64,000 nt of DNA from an uncultured virus (IMG/VR IMGVR_UViG_2651870170_000001) (IMGVR_UViG_2651870170_000001); one strand, 5' to 3'. Shown: positions 8,829-19,053, numbered from the stretch's first letter. The notes: generated by a model from the sequence alone, not told the origin. Numbers and translations are program-made.

Positions 8829-9865
8829 GCACGACAGCCGTTATCGAAGAATCATGGCCGGAGTCCGATCTGGAGGCGGTGGCTGCCTGTCCTTATTGCG
8901 GCAGCAGTCAGCGCGAACTCGCCTATGCTGATGCGCAGGACTGGGCATTCTATTGCGCACCCGGCAAATGGGCATATTGGAATTGCTCAGAGTGCCAATC
9001 ACTTTACCTCGACCCCCGGCCGACACCGCAAAGCATAGGCAGGGCCTATGGAAACTACTACACGCATGGCGTATCGGGCCTTCGCGGATTGGCCCAGAAT
9101 TTTAAGTCAGCCTTGCGGAACGAATGCTACAAGCACTGGCATGGCATACGTCTAAGTCCACGCCTGCATTTACCGGGGTTCGCCGCACCATTAATCAGCC
9201 CGCTGAAAGGAAAATTTTTTATTCCTTTCGGCCTGCTGGAACTGGCACAAATTCAGCCTGGCAAGTTACTCGACATAGGCTGTGGCAGCGGAGACTTCCT
9301 GTTGCAGGCCAAACAGATGGGCTGGCAAACCTTGGGCATTGATCTGGATAGCAAGGCCTGCGAAATCGCGCAAAGCAAAGGGCTGCGAGTTATCAACGGA
9401 GGGTTTGAGCAAGTGGGTAATCTGGACGACAAATTCGATTGCCTGTTTTGCTCCCATATTCTGGAGCACACCTATGATCCGATTCATCTACTGAATTTGA
9501 TGAAATCCGTGCTGAATCCCAACGGAACTATCTTGTTGTCTCTGCCCAATTCGCAAAGCGCTTTCCGTCATTATTTCGGTAAAGAGTGGCGCGGCCTAGA
9601 AGCACCGCGCCATATCGCCATCCCGTCTGCCGCTGGCCTTAAGGAAAAACTTGAACAATTGGGTTTTCACGTGCACGCGGGTCTGCATCACACGATATTT
9701 TGCGCGACAGAATCCTTCAAGATCCGCCGACGCTCGGAAGTTTTATCGGAAGAGGACAAGCAAAAAGCCCAACAACTCAGCGAACAGGTGCCGTTAGACA
9801 ATTACGAGACAGCCGACTTCATCCATTTTACCTGTAGCCTGCGCGCCGATACTCCGCTCGCTTGA
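8825..9865 (+). CDS. Class I SAM-dependent methyltransferase with N-terminal Cys-rich zinc ribbon (moron)
   Basis: CPYCG...CSECQ; LLDIGCGSG motif I; HILEH; visibly lower GC than flanks. Confidence 0.85.
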   Translation: MSTTAVIEESWPESDLEAVAACPYCGSSQRELAYADAQDWAFYCAPGKWAYWNCSECQSLYLDPRPTPQSIGRAYGNYYTHGVSGLRGLAQNFKSALRNECYKHWHGIRLSPRLHLPGFAAPLISPLKGKFFIPFGLLELAQIQPGKLLDIGCGSGDFLLQAKQMGWQTLGIDLDSKACEIAQSKGLRVINGGFEQVGNLDDKFDCLFCSHILEHTYDPIHLLNLMKSVLNPNGTILLSLPNSQSAFRHYFGKEWRGLEAPRHIAIPSAAGLKEKLEQLGFHVHAGLHHTIFCATESFKIRRRSEVLSEEDKQKAQQLSEQVPLDNYETADFIHFTCSLRADTPLA

Positions 9866-9867
9866 AA

Positions 9868-10065
9868 TCAGGAAGGCGTCTTGGGCGTTGCCGGCGGCGC
9901 TGTGTAGCTTGTTCCGTCGAACAGATATCCAATGGTAGCGGGCGAGCCATCAGGCAAGGGGTGCGCCGTAGTGCCCGCGGGAGGCTCCCAACCAGATTGG
10001 CCATCCCATAAAATGACGTTTGTTACCGCGCCATTCTCAACCACGGCGTATGTGCTGATCGTCAT
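9868..10065 (-). CDS. Tail fibre assembly-like small protein
   Basis: YAVVENGAVTNVILWDG...IGYLFDG...PP pattern directly after fibre. Confidence 0.65.
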   Translation of the reverse strand: MTISTYAVVENGAVTNVILWDGQSGWEPPAGTTAHPLPDGSPATIGYLFDGTSYTAPPATPKTPS

Positions 10066-10074
10066 GCGATATCC

Positions 10075-11427
10075 TTAGAAGTATTCGGTAATGATAATCA
10101 CGCCTTGGCCTCCCGCGCCCCCCGTTTGAGCCGACGTGCTTGCCCCATTGCCTGCGCCACCGCCGCCAGCACCATATGCGCCTGCAGGATTGCCGGGTAG
10201 CGTGTTTGTGCCAATCGGCGCGCCACCCCCGCCGAATTTTGTAGGCGCACCGCCACCGGAAAGAAATGACCCCAAAGCGGCCGCAGTCGAAGGCTGTCCC
10301 GGTTGCCCACTCTGCGCAAGAATATTACCCGTTCCAGCAGCACCCCCGGCACCACCCGCCTGCACATAAACGGGGGCACTACTTGAACCGCCCTGGCCGC
10401 CAAATCCGCCGTTAGCTCCCATCAATGCGCCGAACGAGGTAGATCCGCCCGTGCCACCAGTGCCGCCGCCCGATGCGCCACCCGTGCCAGCGGCGCCAAC
10501 GGTCATCGTTACGCCCGAAAATCCGGTTGTGAATCGGGCGCGAGAGTATGCGCCCGCCCCACCGCCGCCGCCGATTGAGACTGCGGATGATCCGGTTGCC
10601 ACAGTTCCGCCACCGCCACCGCCACCACCGACCAACTCAACATCGACGCTATTTGTACCCGCAGTAGGCGTATAGGTACCACTCGCGGTGAATACGCGGA
10701 CGCTGATAAGCCGCCCCGTCGCCTGCCCAAGCTGCATGGCATGCTGGGATGCGGTGGCGGCACCAACGACTAGCGGTTCGTACTGGCGCAGCGCGGAGCC
10801 GGCGGTTGCCTGCCATTGCCCGCTTGTGGTCGAGGCGTAGAACGAGAGATCATCGCCGGGTTGCATGACGATTGACGTCACCTGACCGGTTGCTACGACG
10901 AACTTGTCGCTACCGTTAGCCGTCAGGGTGAGTGCTGCCGTGCCATCGTTGTAGACGGCCGTAGGCGTAAGTGACGGAACGGTCGATTGACCGGGCATCG
11001 AGAATGTAGCCGCAGAAGTCCCGGTGAAGCCAACCGACTCGCCCGCAATGGCAGCGGTCAGGGTCTGCGATGAACTGAACGACGCCGATGCCTGATACTG
11101 CGTGCGCATGGTCGTGAGCCCGACCGTGCCCGCAGTGGGGCCGCAGAATGCGAAATCGCCCACGTTCCAGTTCAGCGCAGACGTACCTTCCTGCCCACGA
11201 AGCACCGTCAATGTCGCACCACTGATGGCGGTCACGTAGACGATTTCATAGATCGCGCCTGTCGCTGCATCATTGAGTGTGAGCGGCATCTGCTGGCCGA
11301 TCGCGGTGTTGAGCGGCGGCAGGTTTGTGCTGCTTGCCAGCACTACCGTGGTCGACCCCGCACCCGACGCGGGCAATGCCGCGGCAAGTTGGGTATTAAC
11401 GTTGTTCGCGATGACGAATTGCGCCAT
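10075..11427 (-). CDS. Tail fibre protein with glycine-rich C-terminal domain
   Basis: EIVYVTAISGATLTVLRGQEGT N-terminal anchor; FTASGTYTP...VELVGGGGGGG...GVIIITEY. Confidence 0.8.
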   Translation of the reverse strand: MAQFVIANNVNTQLAAALPASGAGSTTVVLASSTNLPPLNTAIGQQMPLTLNDAATGAIYEIVYVTAISGATLTVLRGQEGTSALNWNVGDFAFCGPTAGTVGLTTMRTQYQASASFSSSQTLTAAIAGESVGFTGTSAATFSMPGQSTVPSLTPTAVYNDGTAALTLTANGSDKFVVATGQVTSIVMQPGDDLSFYASTTSGQWQATAGSALRQYEPLVVGAATASQHAMQLGQATGRLISVRVFTASGTYTPTAGTNSVDVELVGGGGGGGGTVATGSSAVSIGGGGGAGAYSRARFTTGFSGVTMTVGAAGTGGASGGGTGGTGGSTSFGALMGANGGFGGQGGSSSAPVYVQAGGAGGAAGTGNILAQSGQPGQPSTAAALGSFLSGGGAPTKFGGGGAPIGTNTLPGNPAGAYGAGGGGAGNGASTSAQTGGAGGQGVIIITEYF

Positions 11428-11443
11428 TTGGTTTGCCCAAAAG

Positions 11444-11467
11444 AAAAAGCCCGCTCAGTGGCGGGCT
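11444..11467 (-). terminator. Intrinsic terminator
   Basis: GCCCGC hairpin followed by T-run on minus strand. Confidence 0.65.
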
Positions 11468-11487
11468 ATGAATGGAGTGTTGCGGTG

Positions 11488-12201
11488 TCAGGCGACGATG
11501 ACGGTGAAGCGCACCTGAAAGGGAAGGGCGAGATACCCTTCGTTGACCAGTGCCTGGAATATCTGCGAGTTCTGGCCGGCCGGGACTGTAATGGTTATCG
11601 ACCGTGCGGCGAGGTTGTTTCGGGTCTTGCGGGTGTTGTAGGCTTGGGTGTTGTAGGCGGCACTCCCAAATGCTCCGCTGAAGCCCGTCGAGGACCGCTC
11701 GATGCTTATCTGAAACGAATCCTCGACTGGAATATCCGAACCGTTCGCGCCGAAGATGAAACGGGCCACTCTCATGCGCAGCCACTGGATCGACATTTGC
11801 CGGCCGTCGCCCAGGTAGGTGTGCCAGGTGAGTGTCCGCTTATAGATGTCGTCACTGGCGGCTTGTGCAGTCCCTGAATTGATGTGTTTGCGCGTTCCGT
11901 ATGGCAGCGTGTTGTACGGGACGGTGTTGTATGCCCCATACGATCTCGACATTAGCGTTGAGATAACCGGCCGGCTGATTCCGTAGATTCCTTGACCGAT
12001 CCAGTCGAGCAGCGGGCCGTTTATGTTCGCCGAGGTGTAGACCGACAGAGGCGTCGCGTTGAACCAGTCCACATAACCTTGGGCCGTAGTATTGACCCCG
12101 GCAAAGAAGGCCTGAATATCTGGATCGTCGGCGTATTGGGCGTACACATAAGTAGGCACCACCGTCGCCAGCGGCGAGGCGCTAAAGGATTCGGTCGTCA
12201 T
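11488..12201 (-). CDS. Baseplate wedge subunit
   Basis: GPLLDWIGQGIYG..R and DDIYKR motifs; follows baseplate J-like gene. Confidence 0.7.
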   Translation of the reverse strand: MTTESFSASPLATVVPTYVYAQYADDPDIQAFFAGVNTTAQGYVDWFNATPLSVYTSANINGPLLDWIGQGIYGISRPVISTLMSRSYGAYNTVPYNTLPYGTRKHINSGTAQAASDDIYKRTLTWHTYLGDGRQMSIQWLRMRVARFIFGANGSDIPVEDSFQISIERSSTGFSGAFGSAAYNTQAYNTRKTRNNLAARSITITVPAGQNSQIFQALVNEGYLALPFQVRFTVIVA

Positions 12202-12203
12202 GC

Positions 12204-13409
12204 CTAACCTTGTGTAACTGTCACAGCCGTGTTCGACGCCTGAAAATAGGATTCAGGGTCGCCCAGGATAATTCCCGTCCCAGCTTCTGGCGTGACAACG
12301 GATCCGTTGATCGTGACCGTTACCGTGAAGGCCGAAAGGTTCGCCACGGGCAACACTGATGCAATTGCGGCCTGAAACGCCGCGGACATCGCATTCAGAT
12401 TCATCGGCTGGCCAACTACGATGCTGTTCACGTAGCTCTGAATTGCCGGGGCACCCAACTGATTGACCTGTGCGCCCGCCGTGAAATTCGACAAATTGGT
12501 GTTCCAAATCACCGAGACCGTCACGACTTGCTGCGGCGGATTGACATAGGTGACGTTGTACTGGTTCGGAGATGAAGTGATCGTTGCTGTAACGTTGCGC
12601 GCGGTCGTGTTCGAGCCGACGATGGTCGAGAGATCCAGCACACCAAGGTAGATCGCGCCAGCCACCTGGTAAGGGTCACCGCCACCGCACAGCACTTCCC
12701 AGCCAAACGTGGATTGCAGGATGGAGACGAGGCGCGGAATCACGCCGGGCACGTCCATGAGGAGCGACTGGATATAGTCAGGCGTTCCCTGTCCTGCCAC
12801 CTGATTTGCGACGATGATCCGCGAGCGGTAGCTCGGTACGGTTTCGGTCGAAGTGGACGGGGTTCCGGCCTGCGGATTTGTGACCGTCATGGTCTCGTTG
12901 TACGGCGTCGGCAGGGAGGTGACGATCTGCGTCACCGAGCCTTCTGGCACCGCCCACGTCCCACTCTGGTTTGCCACCGCGAGCAGAGGCGCGCTGACGC
13001 CATTGGATGCAAGTACGCCGCCATCCTGCAAGACGTACTGATACGTTCCATCGCCGACAATGAATCCCTGCGGCAGCACATACCCGGGCGCACTGGTGTC
13101 GGTGAAGACGACCAGCACGCTCGTATTCGTCGGCTGGCCTTGTGGAATGCCGAGCATGACGCCTTGTTGGGCGAGAATGAAGGCATTCGCCCCGTACGGC
13201 GTGACGCTATCAATCGCATCCACGCGCGCCTGGTCCATCTGCGCCAGCATGGCCGTGCCGGTCGAGGTCAGGTCTTCGAGAAGAAGACCAGGGAGATTGG
13301 CTGTAAATCCCGCGTCTTCTGCCTCTACCGTGGCAATGAGGTCGCTGTTGAGCGCGGCCGGCGAGTTCGGCACGGGGCCGCTCGCGGTCATGATGACAGG
13401 TAGCGTCAT
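12204..13409 (-). CDS. Baseplate J-like wedge protein
   Basis: Size, position, ETVPSYRSRI and VPGV motifs. Confidence 0.8.
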   Translation of the reverse strand: MTLPVIMTASGPVPNSPAALNSDLIATVEAEDAGFTANLPGLLLEDLTSTGTAMLAQMDQARVDAIDSVTPYGANAFILAQQGVMLGIPQGQPTNTSVLVVFTDTSAPGYVLPQGFIVGDGTYQYVLQDGGVLASNGVSAPLLAVANQSGTWAVPEGSVTQIVTSLPTPYNETMTVTNPQAGTPSTSTETVPSYRSRIIVANQVAGQGTPDYIQSLLMDVPGVIPRLVSILQSTFGWEVLCGGGDPYQVAGAIYLGVLDLSTIVGSNTTARNVTATITSSPNQYNVTYVNPPQQVVTVSVIWNTNLSNFTAGAQVNQLGAPAIQSYVNSIVVGQPMNLNAMSAAFQAAIASVLPVANLSAFTVTVTINGSVVTPEAGTGIILGDPESYFQASNTAVTVTQG

Positions 13410-13753
13410 GTGGGAATGTTCTGGCTGATGATGGCGCCGGAATGAGTCACGGCGCGCACGTTATACTGAGGCGGCAACGACCCCGGAACGCGGGTGATCG
13501 TTAGCGAAGCGAAGTACTGGGCATACTGTTGCTGTATCCTGGACATATAGAAGTCCGGGAACGTCTGGGTCATGATCGTGGTGTACTGCGGAATTCCCGC
13601 ATTCGCGTAAATCGGGCTTTCTCCGAGATTCAGCTTTATGCACTGCGCGAGCGCTGTAATGTAGAAGGCGTCGTTCAGGCCATTTTCCTGAGTCGTGACA
13701 GCCACCCATTGATAGGTGCCGTTTTCGTTATACGTTCGCCCCCATGCACGCAT
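13406..13753 (-). CDS. Baseplate protein (gp25/W-like sheath initiator)
   Basis: LAQCIKLNLGESPIYANAGIP motif; position between spike and J. Confidence 0.65.
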   Translation of the reverse strand: MRAWGRTYNENGTYQWVAVTTQENGLNDAFYITALAQCIKLNLGESPIYANAGIPQYTTIMTQTFPDFYMSRIQQQYAQYFASLTITRVPGSLPPQYNVRAVTHSGAIISQNIPT

Positions 13754-13768
13754 TGCTTAACCTTTGCT

Positions 13769-14437
13769 ATGTTTGATACCCGTCCGGCCAACTTTTTCAC
13801 GCACGAGAGCCTGTGCGACCTGTCGCGCGAATATCTAGCGCTTGTCGTGTTCGTGAAGAGTCGCTCGGGGGCGTTTGATCTGGCGATGGACGTGGCGAAA
13901 CTCGCGCCCCTGCTCGTGGAGCGCGATCTCGAATCATTGAAAATCTATGTGGCTGGCTTTCCCCAGACCCTGGAAGGGGCCATTCGCGCGATGGATCTGA
14001 TCCATTACGTGCGCGGATGGAAGGGGACTCACTTCTACGCGCGCGGGCGGATGATCATCGGGGAAATGAAGCAGGCGTACGATATTGAGGCCGTACTCCA
14101 ATGTTTTTCTGAGTCATGTGCGGCAAGCGACTTTCGGGCGCACTGTCACCGAACTATCGATACGCCATATTTCCCGATCGTCCAACTCATCAAACTAGAG
14201 CGGATTCACCCGATGTTCCGGCATATCACTGCGCAGTCGGACGAGGGAATTTACACCTTCCCCTGCAAACACATGCTGCAATGGTTTCAAGCGCAGGAAC
14301 ATCACCAGGCCTCGGTACGAGACCAGATTCAGGCCGAAGGCGTCGCCAAGATGTGCGATGTGTGCCCGAGGTTCAACCCAGACGATTTCAGGAAGCGAGA
14401 GGAAAGCAATGACACAAACGATTCAGAGAACCGGTAA
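13769..14437 (+). CDS. Hypothetical protein (antisense moron in baseplate cluster)
   Basis: Long ORF filling the gap between baseplate genes; Cys/His motifs HCH, FPC, CDVCP. Confidence 0.7.
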   Translation: MFDTRPANFFTHESLCDLSREYLALVVFVKSRSGAFDLAMDVAKLAPLLVERDLESLKIYVAGFPQTLEGAIRAMDLIHYVRGWKGTHFYARGRMIIGEMKQAYDIEAVLQCFSESCAASDFRAHCHRTIDTPYFPIVQLIKLERIHPMFRHITAQSDEGIYTFPCKHMLQWFQAQEHHQASVRDQIQAEGVAKMCDVCPRFNPDDFRKREESNDTNDSENR

Positions 14438-14597
14438 ACCTTACAAGGCAATGATTGCGCTTGGCGCCGCATCCGTGGTCATCGGCACGCCAGTTCTGTT
14501 TTTCAATCACCACGGGTATGCAGCAGGAATCGCCTTGCTGGGCGGGGCCGTGGTTTATGTTATCGGCAAGGCCGGCGCATGGTGGAATCACGCCTAG
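14409..14597 (+). CDS. Small two-TM membrane protein
   Basis: GAGGA RBS; two hydrophobic helices; AWWNH end. Confidence 0.65.
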   Translation: MTQTIQRTGKPYKAMIALGAASVVIGTPVLFFNHHGYAAGIALLGGAVVYVIGKAGAWWNHA

Positions 14598-15277
14598 CCA
14601 GTCATCGTGCCAGTATTGCCGGTACCAGTCTGCACCCCGGGGTGATAGTGACCATTCACCGCGCCATTCGGCAGGATGACGTCCGGCGCCTGGATTGGCA
14701 GAGTCGATACCGCCTCCGTCCCGCCCCATGTGAACGTCTGACCGCCGACCGTCAACGTGATGCCAGAGGCGTTAATGACCAGGGTAGTGGTCTCGAATGT
14801 GATGGTCGTGCCACTTGAATTCGTAACGATTGACGATGTCGGGCCAGTTGTCGTCCGGATAATCGCGCCGTTTGGCCCCTGCACTTGAGCGGCATTCGGG
14901 TCGATCGGCGGGGAGTTTGCGTTGCTGACCGGCGTAAAGACCAGATTCGACAGGTTGCCGCGGCGAAGAAAACTGGCGATGCCTTTGCCAAGCCCCGAGA
15001 TTCCGCCGAGATAGACATCTGCCGGCGCGGTATATCCGAAGTCTCCAACCTGTGTCGGCATGCGCACCCAGTTGCTCTCCGCCTTCGGGATCGTGATCGG
15101 CGGCAGCGTCCATGGTGCCGTATCCATCTCGAATTCGACAGTCACGACCGCCCCTATGACCTGAGTCACGCGGCAAGGTAGGGCGCGGCCCTGCTTCTGG
15201 ATCTCCTGCGCAGCCCGATTGATGGCCAGCTGGTTCTGGTTCTTCTGGAGCCAGAGCTTTGCGAAGTTGTCAGCCAT
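14594..15277 (-). CDS. Baseplate spike (gpV/gp45-like)
   Basis: N-terminal OB-fold (LPCRV, PTQVGDFG); C-terminal HYHPGV metal-binding tip. Confidence 0.85.
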   Translation of the reverse strand: MADNFAKLWLQKNQNQLAINRAAQEIQKQGRALPCRVTQVIGAVVTVEFEMDTAPWTLPPITIPKAESNWVRMPTQVGDFGYTAPADVYLGGISGLGKGIASFLRRGNLSNLVFTPVSNANSPPIDPNAAQVQGPNGAIIRTTTGPTSSIVTNSSGTTITFETTTLVINASGITLTVGGQTFTWGGTEAVSTLPIQAPDVILPNGAVNGHYHPGVQTGTGNTGTMTG

Positions 15278-16271
15278 TCGAGTACGGCACGCAGTTGATG
15301 ATTGTTACCCAGGAGCGGCCGTCACCGGAACGGAAATTGCCGACGTGACGCATCTCGACAATCTGGAACGAACCGGAGAATGTCGTCACGTAATTGGCGC
15401 TCGACGGCAATGAATTACCTGAGGTAAGCACCTGCCCGACTTGCCCTGAAAGTCCTGTCGGCATCTTCACCGTGGTTCCGATCTGGAGATCGCCGCGCAT
15501 CACCAGTTTCACCTGAAGCGTGTTGACGTCAATCCAGGTGGGCTGCCCGACCAGATCCGCGAAGTTGAGTTGAACAGTAGGCGATTGCCACGTGCTATCA
15601 AATACCGAGAGTGCGCCGCCTTGCATGGCGATCTGAACGCCCGGATAGGTCGGACCCAGAAACTGCCCATTCGTGATGCCTTGAACGTACTGCGCCAACT
15701 CCTCGAGCGTGCCGCAGTGATGCACTTCCTGGTCCGACTGCACGAGTTGATTGCTGATGTTCACCGTCAACGGCGTGTTGGGATAGGCGACCGACAGGCA
15801 ATTTTGAAGCGCCGTCGAAAGCGGCTGACCTGCCTGCCAGTTCAGGACGAAGTTGCCGGGATTGTCTGAATCATAGCCGCCCGGGTTGATGACGAAATCG
15901 AGCGTCATCTCTGTGCCTTCCCAGTTGCCGAAGGCCTGCCATATCTGCCCCTTGAGTAAGGTTCCTTGCTGGGCGGGATTGGCGAGCGGAAGCCCCTTTC
16001 CCATGCCGCCCTTCAGCACGAACGTCATGCCGGGCTGCTGCACACCATTAACGATCTGCGGGGCAAACTGCTGCGGCTGCATCAGGTCGGCAATCGATAT
16101 TCCTTCGATTGTGACTGATTGACCGCCAATCGGCGTTCCGTAAGGGGCGACCGTCAGATCAAACTCGACATTCAATGCGCCTGGATCGAACTGCCCACCC
16201 GGAAAGGATGTCCAGGTGCGCGTTGGCGTCGTGCTGCCCGGTGCGTACAGGTCGATCTCGTAGAAGCGCAT
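15270..16271 (-). CDS. Baseplate hub protein
   Basis: Size and position; HVGNFRS...SWVT C-terminal motif. Confidence 0.7.
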   Translation of the reverse strand: MRFYEIDLYAPGSTTPTRTWTSFPGGQFDPGALNVEFDLTVAPYGTPIGGQSVTIEGISIADLMQPQQFAPQIVNGVQQPGMTFVLKGGMGKGLPLANPAQQGTLLKGQIWQAFGNWEGTEMTLDFVINPGGYDSDNPGNFVLNWQAGQPLSTALQNCLSVAYPNTPLTVNISNQLVQSDQEVHHCGTLEELAQYVQGITNGQFLGPTYPGVQIAMQGGALSVFDSTWQSPTVQLNFADLVGQPTWIDVNTLQVKLVMRGDLQIGTTVKMPTGLSGQVGQVLTSGNSLPSSANYVTTFSGSFQIVEMRHVGNFRSGDGRSWVTIINCVPYSNG

Positions 16272-16547
16272 TTATGGCGTGATTTCGAAGTTGCCGCTGT
16301 CCTCGCGGTAAAGGATCGTGCTCGTCGTGAATATCCCGGGCGCGAGCGGAATGTCGTAGTTCAATGGCGAGCCGACTAATGCTCCATACCAGGCCACGCT
16401 TCCCGACGCATTCACAAGCGATACATACCAGCGCTGCGCCGCGAAATTCCACATCGCCGTGAGGTTGTACGGCACGCTATCAAGCGTCACCGTTACCTGA
16501 AAGGGCGGCGTTTGTGTGGGCGACGGAGCGAATGGAATGGTCGTCAT
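16272..16547 (-). CDS. Baseplate plug-like small protein
   Basis: FQVTVTLD...WN..AQRWYVSL pattern. Confidence 0.6.
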   Translation of the reverse strand: MTTIPFAPSPTQTPPFQVTVTLDSVPYNLTAMWNFAAQRWYVSLVNASGSVAWYGALVGSPLNYDIPLAPGIFTTSTILYREDSGNFEITP

Positions 16548-17230
16548 GAAGAGGGGTAGATACCGAAAAGAGCGGACGTGCCCTGAACAGGCGTGCCGGC
16601 GACAGACGCAGCATCAGACCATGACGAGGTTGTGAGTTGCTGACCGCCCGAGATCATGGATAGCATCCCGTTGAAAGCGGTCTGGGCTTGCTGCTGCGTG
16701 ACCAGCGGCTGCACAAAATCGATCTGCCACTGAGCCTGCTGCTGGTACCCTTCGCCGCTCGTGACATCTGTCATGCCCGTCATGATGCAATCGAAGTACG
16801 GATATGACGGCGTCATGACGTGATACGTCCCGCCCGCTGCGGTGTGCGCCTCGAAGGTGCTTTGCAGTGCCATGAACAGCGCCTGCTTAAGCAGGTAGCC
16901 ACCCGTCGAATTGACCGGAGCAATCATCAGCAGCGAAATATTCTTCGGATTGCGGATGACGGCATTGCCGGCCACAAAACGGTTTGCGAAAGGGTAGGTC
17001 GCAGCCGTATTGCTGATCGCTGTGCCGCCTGGGATCGGCACAAACTTGACGGTGGGCGCCGTGTCAGATCCCGTCACATCGTTGACCAGGCTTCCGAGTG
17101 CAGTCAGGATCGGCGCCATGCCGCCTAGCGCCGATGCGAACAGGCCGCCATTGAAGATAATTGGGCTTGTCTGGTACGCCAGGTCATAAGCCACCCGCGC
17201 AGCATTGCCGAGAGTGTTTGCTGTGCTCAT
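16544..17230 (-). CDS. Tail tube initiator/Dit-like protein
   Basis: Position directly after tape measure. Confidence 0.55.
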   Translation of the reverse strand: MSTANTLGNAARVAYDLAYQTSPIIFNGGLFASALGGMAPILTALGSLVNDVTGSDTAPTVKFVPIPGGTAISNTAATYPFANRFVAGNAVIRNPKNISLLMIAPVNSTGGYLLKQALFMALQSTFEAHTAAGGTYHVMTPSYPYFDCIMTGMTDVTSGEGYQQQAQWQIDFVQPLVTQQQAQTAFNGMLSMISGGQQLTTSSWSDAASVAGTPVQGTSALFGIYPSS

Positions 17231-19053
17231 GATCCAGTCGCCGCCGCGTTAGTCGACACAGCCACTCGCGCCGATGTGTCGTTTTTGACATCCACCTTGA
17301 GATTCACCGTCGACTTCTGTGCAAGCGCGGTTGTGATCTTGTTCAGGTAGCTGCGGGTCTCGGCCGGGAGATGCTGCTCCCAACTCGCGCCGTTCTTCGC
17401 GATGTCCTTGTCGAGGTTGCCAGTGCCCCAGTTGTACCCAGCCAGCGCCTTCCGGATATCTCCCTTGTACTTTCGCGTCAGGTCGCCCATCATCCGAGCG
17501 GCCGCGGCGGCTGAATCGTGAAGGTTGTACGGATCCTGCAGCCCGTATTGATTGGCCGTGTCGGGCATGAACTGGAACGGACCCATGGCACCTTTCGGCG
17601 ACAGTGCGCCGATTTTTCCACGCGACTCAACCATTTCCTGTGCGTACAGCAGCCCTGCCGGGAGCGACTGCGATTTTTCGAATGCTCCGAAATAGCTCGG
17701 CTCCCCGCCCATCTTCTGGACGGTGCCTGCAAGCTTGTCGACAAGGGTAGGCGACAGCGCTTGATACTTCGCCGCATTGCTGTTCATTGCAGCAGAGAAT
17801 CCGGCAACAGTGCCATGCGTTTCGCGCTGGACTTCATTGGCATCAAGCGAGCCGCCAGTGCTCGAAGAAGACCCAGTGTCGATGCCCAGGAATTTTGCTG
17901 CCTTGCGCATGGCTCCCGCGACATCGCCTACGAGACCTGCCAAATACCGCATATCCTGCCGGAATTGAGGCGAGCCAAGATAGGTTGCCAACTCATGCAA
18001 TCCATCGCCGGCCGCCCTCAGATTCTGTGGTGACAGGACGTCGTCAATCAGAATCTTGGCGTCATCGCTCAGACCGCTAACAAACTCCTTCAGATTCGGC
18101 GCCAACTCAGCCAGGCGGTCTGTCAGATCCGTCTTCAGTAGCTTGCCGGCCGCCTCAACTTCCCGCTCGAATCCGTACCATGCGTCCGTGCTTTTGTCCG
18201 AGACATTGAAGGACTTCACATCCTTGCCGTAATTCGCTCTCGCTTCGGAGAATTCCTGCGGCGTCATGGCGCCAAGTTTGCGCACTTCCTCGAACGACAT
18301 GAACTGGTCAAGACCGGTGCCGCGGAGCGTCTGGGCGTTGCGCATTGCGACCGGCGTCTTGCTAAACCAGTCGTGCGCGCGCTGCATCATGCGCAGCGAT
18401 AGCTCATCGGGGCTTTCGTTCTGGATGGCCGACATGCTTTGGCCGGTCGCCAGCATCGCGTACGGAAGCTTGCGCATGTCCGATTGCGCATCGGCCGCAC
18501 GATTCAGGATCGACGGATCGACGTAACGCCCAAAGTCCGTCTGGAAGGCTGAAAGTTGCCCGGTTGTGACGCCGATGCTACGCGCCTCGCCCTGCGTCGA
18601 AATAGCCGAACGCGCGAGATCGCGCAAACCCAGACCAGAAAGGATGGCGCCTAGCCCGGTCAAGCCAAACCCCAGCGTTCCGATCTTCATCAAAAACTTG
18701 CCGATGCCGAACACTTCGGAGCCGAGGGTTTTGGCATGCTTTGCCATCTTCTCGAGCTCGGAACTGCCATTACGCGCGACGCTGGCGAACTCCTTCTGCG
18801 CCTTGATTGCCACGCCAACCGATTTGCCGATCGCGTCAGCCTGGATGGCGGCGATCATCAGCGCTTCTTTCGATGTGTCTGAGTGCTTCGCAAAATCGCT
18901 TACCGATTTGCCCGCTTCTGCCGTCGCGCCGTTGATCTTCTTCCAATCGTCAGGCATTTCCTCGACCTGCGTCGAGTACTGCTTGAAGAGTTCGTAGAAG
19001 GAGCGAAACTGCTGGTCATTGACATCGACCTCAATGATCGGCTTATTGCTCAT
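17227..19053 (-). CDS. Tape measure protein with C-terminal lytic transglycosylase (SLT) domain
   Basis: Helical N-terminal two-thirds; VES, GAMGPFQFMPDTA, ALAGYNWG, ETRSY motifs. Confidence 0.85.
   Translation of the reverse strand: MSNKPIIEVDVNDQQFRSFYELFKQYSTQVEEMPDDWKKINGATAEAGKSVSDFAKHSDTSKEALMIAAIQADAIGKSVGVAIKAQKEFASVARNGSSELEKMAKHAKTLGSEVFGIGKFLMKIGTLGFGLTGLGAILSGLGLRDLARSAISTQGEARSIGVTTGQLSAFQTDFGRYVDPSILNRAADAQSDMRKLPYAMLATGQSMSAIQNESPDELSLRMMQRAHDWFSKTPVAMRNAQTLRGTGLDQFMSFEEVRKLGAMTPQEFSEARANYGKDVKSFNVSDKSTDAWYGFEREVEAAGKLLKTDLTDRLAELAPNLKEFVSGLSDDAKILIDDVLSPQNLRAAGDGLHELATYLGSPQFRQDMRYLAGLVGDVAGAMRKAAKFLGIDTGSSSSTGGSLDANEVQRETHGTVAGFSAAMNSNAAKYQALSPTLVDKLAGTVQKMGGEPSYFGAFEKSQSLPAGLLYAQEMVESRGKIGALSPKGAMGPFQFMPDTANQYGLQDPYNLHDSAAAAARMMGDLTRKYKGDIRKALAGYNWGTGNLDKDIAKNGASWEQHLPAETRSYLNKITTALAQKSTVNLKVDVKNDTSARVAVSTNAAATGS

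Noticed and set aside
10075..11427. Diversity-generating retroelement or invertible fibre cassette
   Set aside because: No reverse transcriptase, invertase or duplicated variable region seen.
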